Shown: one piece after another, positions 48,674 through 58,468 of the stretch
Position numbering within the stretch: the first letter of the stretch is position 1
How the letters are laid out: the number at the start of each line of letters is the position of its first letter
Assembly (NCBI GenBank): GCA_040954595.2
Contig: JBECUI020000030.1
Location: 186,001-250,000, forward strand
Origin: Balanoglossus misakiensis
Taxonomy: Eukaryota; Animalia; Hemichordata
Direction of reading: 5' to 3'
Length of the DNA: 64,000 nucleotides
Position numbers and translations under genes: made by a program
The notes under the pieces: model-generated
What the model was told of the DNA's origin: nothing
Databases searched by the model: none
The model's input: only the letters and a program-made list of their open reading frames with translations

Positions 48674-51571
48674 ATGCAACCGATAGTACATATCATTTCT
48701 CATACTCATTGGGATCGAGAATGGTACCTGCCAGCCCGATATTTTAGACAATGGCTCCCACAGTTCTTTTCTGCACTGTTCGACTTACTTGAACGAAGAC
48801 CTGCCCATCGTTTTGTGTTGGACGGTGCAACAATAATTGTTCACGATTGGAGGATGGAACTTAAACGGATTGGCAAGTCGGAGACAGGGGAACTTCAGCG
48901 ATTGCATCACTATATCCGTGCCGGACAGATACTTGTCGGCCCCTACTATGTACAACCTGATTGGTATCTTGCTGGCGGTGAGACCCTTGTTCGGAATATG
49001 CTCTTAGGCAAGCAGGATGCGGAAGAACTAGGGGGAAGGCTATCAAGTGGCTGGCTCATGGATAACTTCGGCTTGCCAGCTCAAACACCACAGATACATA
49101 AACAGTTTGGTATTAATCATCTCTTTATTTGGCGCGGTATCTGCCTCGGTAAGAAGACGCCGCAATCCGAGTTGTACTGGAAAGGCAGCAATAACGATGA
49201 AGTGCTTGTTTTGTATATGATTGATAGCTACCGAAACGGGATGCAGCTTACAGCGGGCGGGGGAACGCGACGGATAGAGACATCGGTGCGTACCATGCTT
49301 CCGTACTCTCAGTCGGGACAGATCCTTCTTATGAATGGATACGACCAGGAATTGCTTCCGGAAGATCTGCAAGCAATACTGGATACCTTGAACAAGCAGG
49401 GTTATGATATCCGGTCAAGTACACCCGCAGAGTATGTGGGAGCAGTGCGCCGGGGGATAGGGGAAGAAGAACTACATTGCATTCAGGGGGAACAGATATG
49501 CGGTGAGACAGTGGCAGTCTTCCCCGGTATCCATAGCGCACGCATGCATCTAAAACAGTATAATGCAGAGTGTGAATACCTGCTGCAGCGTATAGCAGAA
49601 CCCCTTGCTACATTGGCATGGCTCAATGGAAGACCGTATCCAGCAGAAGAACTGTGCAATTTATGGAGGACATTACTGCAGAATCATCCGCATGATAGCA
49701 TAGCGGGTGTCTCGGTCGACCCTGTTCATTATGATATGGAGCAGTGCTTTACAGACCTACAACGGAGTATCCACTTGTGCATAGCTGAAAGCGCCCGGGA
49801 CATCATCAATAATAATAACGAAATCCATATCTTTAATCCAAGTGCATTTACCCGCGAAGAGATTATTGAAATACAGCGGAATGCAATATCTGAGATGCCG
49901 GACATCCCTGCAGTACAGCAACAGAGCGTTTTTGTTCGCTGTCGTTTGAAACCTCTGGGGCTGACTCAGTTGGAATTGACAAAGTTGTCGGAAGAAGCAC
50001 ATGGGGGTGGATCTCTTTTTCTGAATAAAGAAGAGGGCTCTGCGGGGAATGCCTTTTATGAATTAAAAGTTACTCAGCATGGGAACTTGAACATCGTTGA
50101 TCGGCTGACTAATCGGTGTTATACGGCGGTTCATGTGCTTGAATGTTCTTTTGATGAGGGGGATTGTTATAATTATTCTCCAGCACAGGATGCAGGTGTT
50201 ACGAGTACAATGAAAGGAAAGGCACAGATTAGCTATGAGATGGAGGGGCCACTGGTCATTCGTATAAGCATCCATCGTCTCTTAGTTGTCCCGCAGAAAT
50301 CGGATAAGGATGTAATAGTGCCGGTTCTTACGCGTATAACGATCCACGAAAACAGTTCAATTATCCGCTTTGAAACATTTGTCCGAAACAGGGCGCGGGA
50401 TTATCGGCTGTCAATTCGCTTCCCCACCGGCTTCCAAACTGAAAGCCATTGTGCCGGAGCACCATTTGATGCCGTTCAACGTCCGAATAAACCGCGTAAG
50501 TTTTCCGTGTCGCCAGGACTCGGTGTAACTGCACGAGAGACAAAAGACTATGGAGATAATCCCTTTCAGGGATGGGTATCACTGGGTAATGAGCATGCAG
50601 GATTGTTACTCATGGCTAAGGGTTTGTATGAGTATCAGAGTAATGAAGAGGGCGATCTTGTTCTACACCTGCTTCGATCGGTTGGCTGGATTGCGCAGAG
50701 CAATCTTGAAAGTAGATCAGGTGATGCAGGTCCAAACATTATGGTGCCGGATGCATGGATGCTCCGTGATATGCGGTTTGAATATGCAATCAGACCCTTT
50801 GGTGCAGACCTGCCCTATGCGGATATAGATGCGTACTTGAATCCCCCTTACGTTTTTTATACCCATGAGGCATCTAAAAAAGCGAGTCCCGGCTATGATG
50901 GACTCATGGGCATTGAGGTTAATGAGACGCCAGTCTGTCTGTCTGCCTGTAAACGGAGCGAAGCCGGAGATGCAGTTGTTCTCCGTGTATACAATCCAAG
51001 TGATGCCGTAACGCAAATGCGGTTACGTCCGGATTTTCCCTGTCGAAAGATGGCTGTGGCGAGGCTTGATGAATATGAGGGAAGCCCGGTTACTGATGCA
51101 ATGGTCAATCTTGCTGCGAAGGAGATTAAAACTCTTCTCTTATATCCGAAAGGAATGCAAGAAACTCCACCGACCGAAAGTGCGTTACCTATGCATATCT
51201 CTGCAGAAACAGCGACCCCTCCCAGTCTCTATGACTACGATATTCCGCAGGCATACCAACCGAAGTTGCTCGACGAGGAGGAGCGACACATAGACAGCAT
51301 TCGTGCGGAACTCGGCAAAAAGAAGAAAGAGATTGCTGCTATGGGGCAGACTGATTGTCTGGAGTATAGTTTATTGCATCAGCAGATTACCTTGTTGGAA
51401 CGGGAAATGCTTGAAAAGGAATTATCAGCATTGCTCCTGCGTTGTCGGCTTGAACATGGGAGAGATTTGAGTCCGATCTCATCGGAGCTTGAAGGTATCG
51501 GTGATATGTTGAATAAGGCACGTATCAATAAACGGGTTGCGGATTTCCTTGTTATGCTCTGGCAGGAGTAA
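48674..51571 (+). CDS. Glycoside hydrolase family 38 alpha-mannosidase (MngB-like)
   Basis: HIISHTHWDREW, FVLDG, GPYYVQPD, DNFG, NHPHDSIAG. Confidence 0.9.
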   Translation: MQPIVHIISHTHWDREWYLPARYFRQWLPQFFSALFDLLERRPAHRFVLDGATIIVHDWRMELKRIGKSETGELQRLHHYIRAGQILVGPYYVQPDWYLAGGETLVRNMLLGKQDAEELGGRLSSGWLMDNFGLPAQTPQIHKQFGINHLFIWRGICLGKKTPQSELYWKGSNNDEVLVLYMIDSYRNGMQLTAGGGTRRIETSVRTMLPYSQSGQILLMNGYDQELLPEDLQAILDTLNKQGYDIRSSTPAEYVGAVRRGIGEEELHCIQGEQICGETVAVFPGIHSARMHLKQYNAECEYLLQRIAEPLATLAWLNGRPYPAEELCNLWRTLLQNHPHDSIAGVSVDPVHYDMEQCFTDLQRSIHLCIAESARDIINNNNEIHIFNPSAFTREEIIEIQRNAISEMPDIPAVQQQSVFVRCRLKPLGLTQLELTKLSEEAHGGGSLFLNKEEGSAGNAFYELKVTQHGNLNIVDRLTNRCYTAVHVLECSFDEGDCYNYSPAQDAGVTSTMKGKAQISYEMEGPLVIRISIHRLLVVPQKSDKDVIVPVLTRITIHENSSIIRFETFVRNRARDYRLSIRFPTGFQTESHCAGAPFDAVQRPNKPRKFSVSPGLGVTARETKDYGDNPFQGWVSLGNEHAGLLLMAKGLYEYQSNEEGDLVLHLLRSVGWIAQSNLESRSGDAGPNIMVPDAWMLRDMRFEYAIRPFGADLPYADIDAYLNPPYVFYTHEASKKASPGYDGLMGIEVNETPVCLSACKRSEAGDAVVLRVYNPSDAVTQMRLRPDFPCRKMAVARLDEYEGSPVTDAMVNLAAKEIKTLLLYPKGMQETPPTESALPMHISAETATPPSLYDYDIPQAYQPKLLDEEERHIDSIRAELGKKKKEIAAMGQTDCLEYSLLHQQITLLEREMLEKELSALLLRCRLEHGRDLSPISSELEGIGDMLNKARINKRVADFLVMLWQE

Positions 51572-51618
51572 GAGCCTTGTATAACCGTGTAGTTCTGGGT
51601 ATTGTAGTAGTATAGATT

Positions 51619-53652
51619 ATGGTATCAATGTCGGAAAAACGGTTGTTTTATATCCTTGGCTGGCTCAATCTCGCTGCCTTTGTAGTAACTGCAGGGTTAA
51701 TTGCTTTAGGGGTTCATACTGCAGATATCTTTCAATTAAACAACTTACCGTATCTAGTATTATTGCTTATTCATTTTCTTGCTGCAGGATGGTTATTGCT
51801 GAGACTATGGGAAGGTTCGGCTAATATCAATGGCATTCGCCTGCTCGTTGATGCATTACTAGCGTACACCCTGCTCCTATTCTTCTTTTCATATTTTTAT
51901 GCTGAAAATGCAAATATGGATTATGCCCAGCGGTTTGCAGAAACAAACGGTAGTCTGACTCTGGCTATTGATAGTACTAGAGAGCGTTTAATTGTACTAC
52001 TCCGGTATGGACCAAGTTTGTTGGCATTGCTTACCGGTTATGTTTTAACTGTCTTACAGTTGCGTACAACTTCTTTTATTCAACGTTTTGCACTACCGGT
52101 GGTTCTTCTGGGGCCTATTTTGCGGGCTTTAGCAATGCCGTCCGGACTGATACCGGGCGGAGCCGACTTTTTGGCATGGGTATCGTTGCTTCCTTTGTTT
52201 CTGGTAATACGATATACGCGTTATTGGCAAGGACTCTTTTTTACACTTGTGTATGGTGCTTTTACAGTTCTTTCTATGCATTACTGGTTGGGAACATTTA
52301 GTTATCTCTCTCTCCAGTTCGCAGTTTTTATGCGTGTACTGTACTTCATCGTTTTCTTTATACCGGGGTTATACGTCTTGCGACGTTTTCGCGGCAATAG
52401 CCTTATCTATGCATTGGTATGGACTATATTTGAATGGTATTTACATCAGGGTTTTCCCTCCTTTCCGTGGGGAGTCGTTGCTCATACACAGTATCAGAAT
52501 GCGACCTTGATTCAGTTGGTATCAATAACCGGTATATGGGGAATTAGTTTCATTATAGCTTGGGTAAACGGGGTAATAACGGAGGTTGTTGCTACATATA
52601 TTGATGGCAGGCCGCGGAAATTATTAATGCAGGTATTACCGGTAGTGCTTACTTGTGTGGGGGTTGTTCTGTTTGGGTTTATGAGCCTTATGTCGGCACC
52701 TCCCCCAGGTAGGCATACGGCACGTGTTGCGTTGATACAAAATAATAGTGATCCACGGAAGCACTCATACGAGCGGACTCTCTCGACACTTAAAATTCTT
52801 AGTAGACAGGCATTAAAGGCTGTTCCCAACCTCATTGTATGGCCGGAAACCGCCATAGTTCCGAATATTGCCCGATGGAGTCAGATGCCGAAGGATCAGA
52901 ATGAGTATACTCAGGTTGTTCACGAATTCTTAGAGCATCAGAAAGAACTCGGCACTTGGTTATTGACCGGCAATGATGACTACAAAATTGTTACATCCGA
53001 GGATGGGAAGACGAGTGAGCGAAAAGAGTATAATGCGGCTGTTTTGTTTTCTGATACGGGAGAACGGGTAGATACGTATCATAAGATGAAACTTGTTCCT
53101 TTTACCGAATACTTTCCATACGCGGATATTTTCCCCTGGGTACATGATTTGCTGCTTGCTTTTGATGTGCAGCTATGGGAACCGGGCAAACGCGTGGTAG
53201 TTTTTGATCATCCGAAGTTCCGCTTTTCCACCTTGATATGTTTTGAGGATTCCTTTCCCTCGATCTCTCGAGAAATGGTTCGTGAAGGGGCGGAGGTTCT
53301 GATAAACTTGTCTAACGATTACTGGGCACAGGACGAGGTGGAGGCACAGCAGCATTATGCTACTGCGGTATTTCGTGCGGTTGAACATCGGCGCCCACTG
53401 ATCCGTGCTACTTCCTCAGGATTGACGAGCTATATTGATAGCTACGGAAGGCTGGTGGGAAGTACGGAAATGTATACGCCCAATTTTCTTATTGCAGATA
53501 TACAACTACCCGCGAAACAGGAACTTACCCTGTACACGCGTTTCGGCGATTGGTTCATCTGGCTTTGTATGCTGGTCTTGGCGGTGCCGGTCAGTCTACA
53601 CCTATTTTTGCGGTGGAAGCAGAGGGATCAGAAGAAGCAGAAAACTCGGTAG
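51619..53652 (+). CDS. lnt: Apolipoprotein N-acyltransferase
   Basis: FPW, VWPETA, YHKMKLVPFTE, LICFED, NLSNDYW, FRAVEHRRP. Confidence 0.93.
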   Translation: MVSMSEKRLFYILGWLNLAAFVVTAGLIALGVHTADIFQLNNLPYLVLLLIHFLAAGWLLLRLWEGSANINGIRLLVDALLAYTLLLFFFSYFYAENANMDYAQRFAETNGSLTLAIDSTRERLIVLLRYGPSLLALLTGYVLTVLQLRTTSFIQRFALPVVLLGPILRALAMPSGLIPGGADFLAWVSLLPLFLVIRYTRYWQGLFFTLVYGAFTVLSMHYWLGTFSYLSLQFAVFMRVLYFIVFFIPGLYVLRRFRGNSLIYALVWTIFEWYLHQGFPSFPWGVVAHTQYQNATLIQLVSITGIWGISFIIAWVNGVITEVVATYIDGRPRKLLMQVLPVVLTCVGVVLFGFMSLMSAPPPGRHTARVALIQNNSDPRKHSYERTLSTLKILSRQALKAVPNLIVWPETAIVPNIARWSQMPKDQNEYTQVVHEFLEHQKELGTWLLTGNDDYKIVTSEDGKTSERKEYNAAVLFSDTGERVDTYHKMKLVPFTEYFPYADIFPWVHDLLLAFDVQLWEPGKRVVVFDHPKFRFSTLICFEDSFPSISREMVREGAEVLINLSNDYWAQDEVEAQQHYATAVFRAVEHRRPLIRATSSGLTSYIDSYGRLVGSTEMYTPNFLIADIQLPAKQELTLYTRFGDWFIWLCMLVLAVPVSLHLFLRWKQRDQKKQKTR

Positions 53653-53655
53653 GGT

Positions 53656-54479
53656 CTAGCTTCTGTACACCTTATCTAAAGTCTTGCCGTCTTTGGTTTT
53701 CCATTCCATCCAACCATTTGACGAAGCACCTAAACAGAAATCAGAGGCAGCACTTGGCGAACTGAATTCTATGTTGTTGGTTAGTTCGTAGTATTCATCT
53801 TTCTTCTCAGCGTTATCTCGTAATAATTTGAGGCGTGTTTCTTTTTGACTCTGACTATACGAATCAGTAGCAGTTTCTCTAACTTGCGAGTCGGCTAAAA
53901 CAATCATTCTGTTGCCAGCACCAACATAAACTGCTTGGGCTGTTGTACCACGGTTATTTTTGCATTCAAAAATCTCATCTTTTTTATAATCTTCAAAGAT
54001 GTCAAAGTTTAAAAATGATAATAGAAATTTTACCTCTGTAAAAAAATTGCATACTGTAGCCCTTTGCTGTTCTTTTATAGTGGGCATGTTGGGATGTTGT
54101 TTATTTTCTTCGAGCATGTAGTTTTTAACTTCTTTTGCCGTATCGATTGATAAATATTCTAAATATTTAATTTCTGTTGTTGATAAGGAGTTATTAGTTG
54201 AATGAAATACTAAAGCCGTACTCCAGAAGTCTTTTTTGTTAAGGTCGAGTAGTCTCTTTGAAAAATTTCCCGTTTCGCCTATGTATGCTTTTTTTCTTCA
54301 TCTGTGTCTTTACCGAACAAAAAATATAGCGAAGGTTTTTTAAGCTCGTCTCTTTTCTGCACTTCCTTTATATCTTTCCTTGTTAAATAAATACAAGCAC
54401 AAGTGCGGGACTCATCGAAAAGCTTTTTTGCTCCTCTAGGACTATCTGATAATAACATTGTTATTATTGTTTTATTCAT
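53656..54479 (-). pseudogene. GIY-YIG nuclease + DUF4357 protein split by a frameshift at an A7 run
   Basis: N-part ...SLYFLFG..EEKK resumes in the -1 frame as AYIGETGNFSKRL..KKDFW and runs into the 53656-54117 ORF (FSSPSAA...SSNGWMEWK..DGKTL, DUF4357). Confidence 0.8.
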
Positions 54480-54579
54480 AATACACTCCTTCATCTTACT
54501 GCGTAAATAATATGTTATCATATATAGTATATCTTTGTTAAAAGTGAATTGATATGGTATAACAATAAGAATAGGAGAT

Positions 54580-55806
54580 TTGAATATGGAAGAAGGTAGC
54601 AGAGATAAGGTTATCCAGTATGACTGGGTACCTTTTTTTAAAAAAGTATGTGAGAAACTAAAAGATTATGAAGATCGCCAGGGAGAACTAATAGATTTTT
54701 TACAAAATATACGGCAAGAAAATGAAAGTGCTGTTATATACCTAGATGATCAGATTTCACAAGGAAAGAAATCTGTACTTACTAAAATAGATCCGTTTAC
54801 ATTCTTAGTCTCCCCGCTCCGAAGTGGTTTGAAGGATAAAAATAGAAAGTTTTTCTTTGGGAAGATAAAGGAATTTTTTGAAATAAAGGGAAAAATTCCG
54901 ACTGATTTTGGACTGCCTTATTTTAACTCGCAAAAAGCATGGTTTTTTCCCTTCGCATACGAAAGAAAAGATACGGATATTCCAAATTTGTGGCAATTAT
55001 TTAAGCAAGCTCAAATGGATAAACCAGCAATAGGGAAACAGTTATTTAAAGACTGTTTAAAGATCAAACAGGTAGGGACTGCTCAACTAACGGAAATGCT
55101 ATTTGTAGTTAATCCGAAATATTTTTTACCAATAGACGAGACACTATGTTTTTTGCCAATTGGTATAAAGGAAAAGGAAGCAAGCAAAAAAATAAAAGAT
55201 GGATATAAGAATTATCTTGAGTTGATGGAGAAATGGAGATCAGCTTTTCCTGAATGCGAATTTTATGAAATCAATTTACTTGCTGTTTTGATCAAGAATA
55301 AGCAGTTAACCATCAGTGAAAATTATTGGCAGATTTGTTCCAGAGTATGGGGTATGAAGGGAAGAAAGAATAAGGTGGATGCAAAGGTCGATTTCTTTAA
55401 TGAGAATGATGATAACAAAGGAAAAGAAACTTTTGTATCCGAAAGTGCAGTATGGTGTGGGGACAGTGTGAAATATCCGGTTTGTGAACCTACATGCGGC
55501 GATATTATGTTGGCGCGCTTTGGCAGTGAAGGAAGGGGCATAGGGGTAGTATTTAAGAATGGATATCGAATTGCATGGGATAACGGAAAGAAAAAGCCTT
55601 TTGATAACCGCGATGGCAAGGATGAAATAGAGATAAAATACAAGATTCATGTTATATGGATTGATAAACAGCAGAAATTAAACGCGTTGAACACTGGGAG
55701 AATGAGAGCTCTAACAAGGGCAAAGAAAATCAGGGAATCTTTCTGTGATAAGTACAGGCAAACGTTTAAACTGCTCAAAAAGATCGAGCATTTCTATAAA
55801 AATTAG
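54580..55806 (+). CDS. Hypothetical protein resembling the N-terminal region of McrB-family proteins, without AAA domain
   Basis: WVPFF..L..Y.DRQ.ELI...IDPFTF...P..NSQKAWFF...DIPNLW.LF pattern; no Walker A. Confidence 0.55.
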   Translation: MNMEEGSRDKVIQYDWVPFFKKVCEKLKDYEDRQGELIDFLQNIRQENESAVIYLDDQISQGKKSVLTKIDPFTFLVSPLRSGLKDKNRKFFFGKIKEFFEIKGKIPTDFGLPYFNSQKAWFFPFAYERKDTDIPNLWQLFKQAQMDKPAIGKQLFKDCLKIKQVGTAQLTEMLFVVNPKYFLPIDETLCFLPIGIKEKEASKKIKDGYKNYLELMEKWRSAFPECEFYEINLLAVLIKNKQLTISENYWQICSRVWGMKGRKNKVDAKVDFFNENDDNKGKETFVSESAVWCGDSVKYPVCEPTCGDIMLARFGSEGRGIGVVFKNGYRIAWDNGKKKPFDNRDGKDEIEIKYKIHVIWIDKQQKLNALNTGRMRALTRAKKIRESFCDKYRQTFKLLKKIEHFYKN

Positions 55807-55865
55807 GCAGTTTATTCAATTCTATAAAAAGCCTATCCGTCTTCCCATGCAGTCTCAATAGCGTT

Positions 55866-56909
55866 CTACACCGACGGGTTCGGGTCTGTGTCATGGATGC
55901 TTGCTATGGCTTGGAATAGCTCTTGCGAAAGGGTAATGTTGACTGAGTCAATACATTCTTTTAACTGTTCCATAGTTGTGGCACCGATAATATTGCTTGT
56001 TACAGCCCTTCGTCCGGTGACAAATGCCAATGCCATCTGTGCGGGAGAAAGTTGATGTTTCTTCGCGAGTTCTACATAACTACCGATTGCCTTGTCTGCT
56101 CTGCTATTGAGATAACGTTTCATTCGGTCTTCCCCCCATGTACTAAATCGGGCTCCCTCCGGGCGATTGCCGTCCTGATATTTTCCTGTTAGCAGTCCAC
56201 CTGCTAGCGGTGAATACGGTAATAGGCTTACTTGTTCGCGTACTAGTATTTCGTTTAGTGCGATATCGGCTACACGGCTTACTAGGTTATATACGTTTTG
56301 TACAGACTGTACTCGCGGAATTTGGGTGTCCCGTTCATGAAGTCTCAAACAGTGCATGACTGCCCATGGGTGTTCATTGGAAAGTCCTACTTCTCTAATA
56401 AGACCTTTTTGTTGGAGTGTTCCAAGGGTAAGAAGTGTTTCTTCTAGTTTATCGGCACTGTCCAGCCATGTGTCTTGGTAGTCTAATACGCCGAATATCG
56501 GAGACTTTCTTTGTGGCCAGTGTAGTTGATACAGATCTATATACTCTGTCTGCAGGCGTTGAAGACTGCCCTCTATTGCCTGTACTATACCAGATGGAGT
56601 AAACCCCTCGCCATTTCGAATCCAGTCACATCCGGGGCCTGCTATTTTACTGGCAAGAACAATTTTTTCCCGTTTTTCAGGGTGTTTGGCAAAATAGTTT
56701 CCGATGTATGTTTCGGTTTTCCCATAGGATTCGGCAGAAGGTGGCACTGCATATATTTCTGCTGTGTCAATAAAATTTATGCCCTGATCAAGGGCATAAT
56801 CAATCTGTTCAAACGCATCTTTCTCAGTATTCTGTATGCCCCATGTCATGGTTCCTAAACATATGCTACTGACGTCTATCTCTGTGGTTCCTAGTTTCTT
56901 GTAATTCAT
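55866..56909 (-). CDS. tas: Aldo/keto reductase (Tas-like)
   Basis: LGTMTWG.QNTE, FIDTAEIY, IDLYQLHWP, GLSNE, YSPLAGG. Confidence 0.88.
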   Translation of the reverse strand: MNYKKLGTTEIDVSSICLGTMTWGIQNTEKDAFEQIDYALDQGINFIDTAEIYAVPPSAESYGKTETYIGNYFAKHPEKREKIVLASKIAGPGCDWIRNGEGFTPSGIVQAIEGSLQRLQTEYIDLYQLHWPQRKSPIFGVLDYQDTWLDSADKLEETLLTLGTLQQKGLIREVGLSNEHPWAVMHCLRLHERDTQIPRVQSVQNVYNLVSRVADIALNEILVREQVSLLPYSPLAGGLLTGKYQDGNRPEGARFSTWGEDRMKRYLNSRADKAIGSYVELAKKHQLSPAQMALAFVTGRRAVTSNIIGATTMEQLKECIDSVNITLSQELFQAIASIHDTDPNPSV

Positions 56910-56972
56910 CTTGCATAAGAGTATCAGAACTAGAAGCACACGGCAAGTGGAAGCACACCGTTAGAAGACTTG

Positions 56973-57194
56973 TTATTCTTTTTTCGGCTCTTCTTCTTGA
57001 TATTCCAATAAATCGCCCGGCTGACATTTGAGTTCTCGACAAAGCAAATTCAAGGTAGCTATGCGAAGAGCTTTTGCCTTTCCCGTTTTTAAGATGGATA
57101 GATTGGAATTAGTAAGGTTCATTCTTTTCGCTAGTTTTTTAAGTGATATTTTCCTGTCCGCCATTACGCGGTCTAATCTAAATATAATACTCAT
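56973..57194 (-). CDS. XRE/HTH_26 transcriptional regulator (YozG-like)
   Basis: LDRVMADRKISL...NLSILKTGKAK...CQPGDLL. Confidence 0.9.
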   Translation of the reverse strand: MSIIFRLDRVMADRKISLKKLAKRMNLTNSNLSILKTGKAKALRIATLNLLCRELKCQPGDLLEYQEEEPKKE

Positions 57195-57199
57195 CCTAA

Positions 57200-57706
57200 T
57201 TACACAGTCAAATCCTGCTCTTTCTGTAAGTTCGAGGCACGTTTAAATATTTCACAGAGCATCAAGAGGAAGAGGCTTAGTAGCAGCCCCCCGAGATTAA
57301 GGGTCAAAATGGAAAGAATTATCATGAGTTTACCAATAGTAGCTATTAGCTGTACGTTTTTGGAATGAAAAATAAGATCCTTTTTAAAATTCGTAAATAA
57401 TACACGAGATTGCTTAATTATTCGTAATACGAAATAACATACTACAGCAATATAGGGTATCAATAAGATCTTTATAGCAAATGGGATGTGGTAAAATGCC
57501 AGCCACTCACTGCTTTGAAAATCCGTTTCTATTGTTCTTTGATCGATGTGTCCGCCCTCAATAAGTACCGGCAGATAATAGGAAAAGATAGTTACTCCGA
57601 TATACACCAATAGACCCAAAATAGATACCAGTATCATAACATACCACCCAATATGCAGCACAGTGCATGTAACAGAAGACAAGGATCGTTTTCCAAAATA
57701 TTTCAT
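57200..57706 (-). CDS. DUF2975 family membrane protein
   Basis: GGAGG RBS; TM segments; C-terminal EIFKRA..LQKEQDLTV; typical pairing with an XRE regulator. Confidence 0.82.
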   Translation of the reverse strand: MKYFGKRSLSSVTCTVLHIGWYVMILVSILGLLVYIGVTIFSYYLPVLIEGGHIDQRTIETDFQSSEWLAFYHIPFAIKILLIPYIAVVCYFVLRIIKQSRVLFTNFKKDLIFHSKNVQLIATIGKLMIILSILTLNLGGLLLSLFLLMLCEIFKRASNLQKEQDLTV

Positions 57707-57733
57707 TATTAACCTCCAAAAGTATTTTCCTTC

Positions 57734-57786
57734 ATTGTACATGCCTATATATTGTTTGTCAAGCAAATATTATTGAAAAACGATAA
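57734..57786 (-). promoter_or_regulatory. Sigma70 promoter with putative XRE operator
   Basis: TTGACA-17-TACAAT (57762-57734); imperfect palindrome ttattg-N5-cgataa at 57770-57786. Confidence 0.6.
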
Positions 57787-57919
57787 ATATTTGATGAAAA
57801 AGGGCAATTATTTATTGATATCAATGTATTCGGGTTTTTTGCTATGGGTTGCATGCCCGTATGTATCATCCCTGATGGCGGGTATTAATTGTGTGGGGTG
57901 GCATATTTTTAGTCCCGCC

Positions 57920-58465
57920 TCATGCCAATTTTCGAACTCCATTTAATAATACACGAAAACTATTTGATGTATTAGAATCATCAAGTTTTAAGTGTTCTGC
58001 AATTGATCTTGAGCCTTGTATCTTTGTATATTGTTTTCGAGTTATTTTTTGCAATTCCTGTACCGGGTTGGATAGATTATCAGGATTTCTATATAGCTGC
58101 TTCTGCTGGTGTTTAGCAATCTTTAATTTTGGGAATGCCTTGCCTACCGCTTGCAAATCACCGAGATAAAAATTCTCAAGTTCATGGCAGGCAATTCTAA
58201 TCAATACTTCTTTATTACTAGGAATTTTACCTTCTAATTTTTTCTTGAGGATTTTACAGTCCGCCGAATCCTGATCGCAGATAATTAAAAAGTCGCTATT
58301 GGGCGTACAGTAACCTTTTAATTTCCCTTCTATATTTTTTATCAAGTTTTGTTTCCCTTCAAAGCATATATATTTCAATTTAAATCGAGGTAATAATTTA
58401 GGCAAAATAACCTCTAGCATTGCTTTGGCAGATTGTTCTTCCAGCAAACAAACAAGTGTTTTCAT
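57920..58465 (-). CDS. DUF4276 family protein (TOPRIM/RloB-like)
   Basis: LLEEQSA, FEGKQNL, ICDQDSADC, RIACHELENFYLGD, SNSFR. Confidence 0.8.
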   Translation of the reverse strand: MKTLVCLLEEQSAKAMLEVILPKLLPRFKLKYICFEGKQNLIKNIEGKLKGYCTPNSDFLIICDQDSADCKILKKKLEGKIPSNKEVLIRIACHELENFYLGDLQAVGKAFPKLKIAKHQQKQLYRNPDNLSNPVQELQKITRKQYTKIQGSRSIAEHLKLDDSNTSNSFRVLLNGVRKLA

Positions 58466-58468
58466 AGA

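Noticed and set aside
48563-48751. Overlapping N-terminal extensions of the sugar-binding protein and GH38 ORFs
   Set aside because: Better starts at 48562 (with RBS) and 48674 leave a normal divergent promoter region
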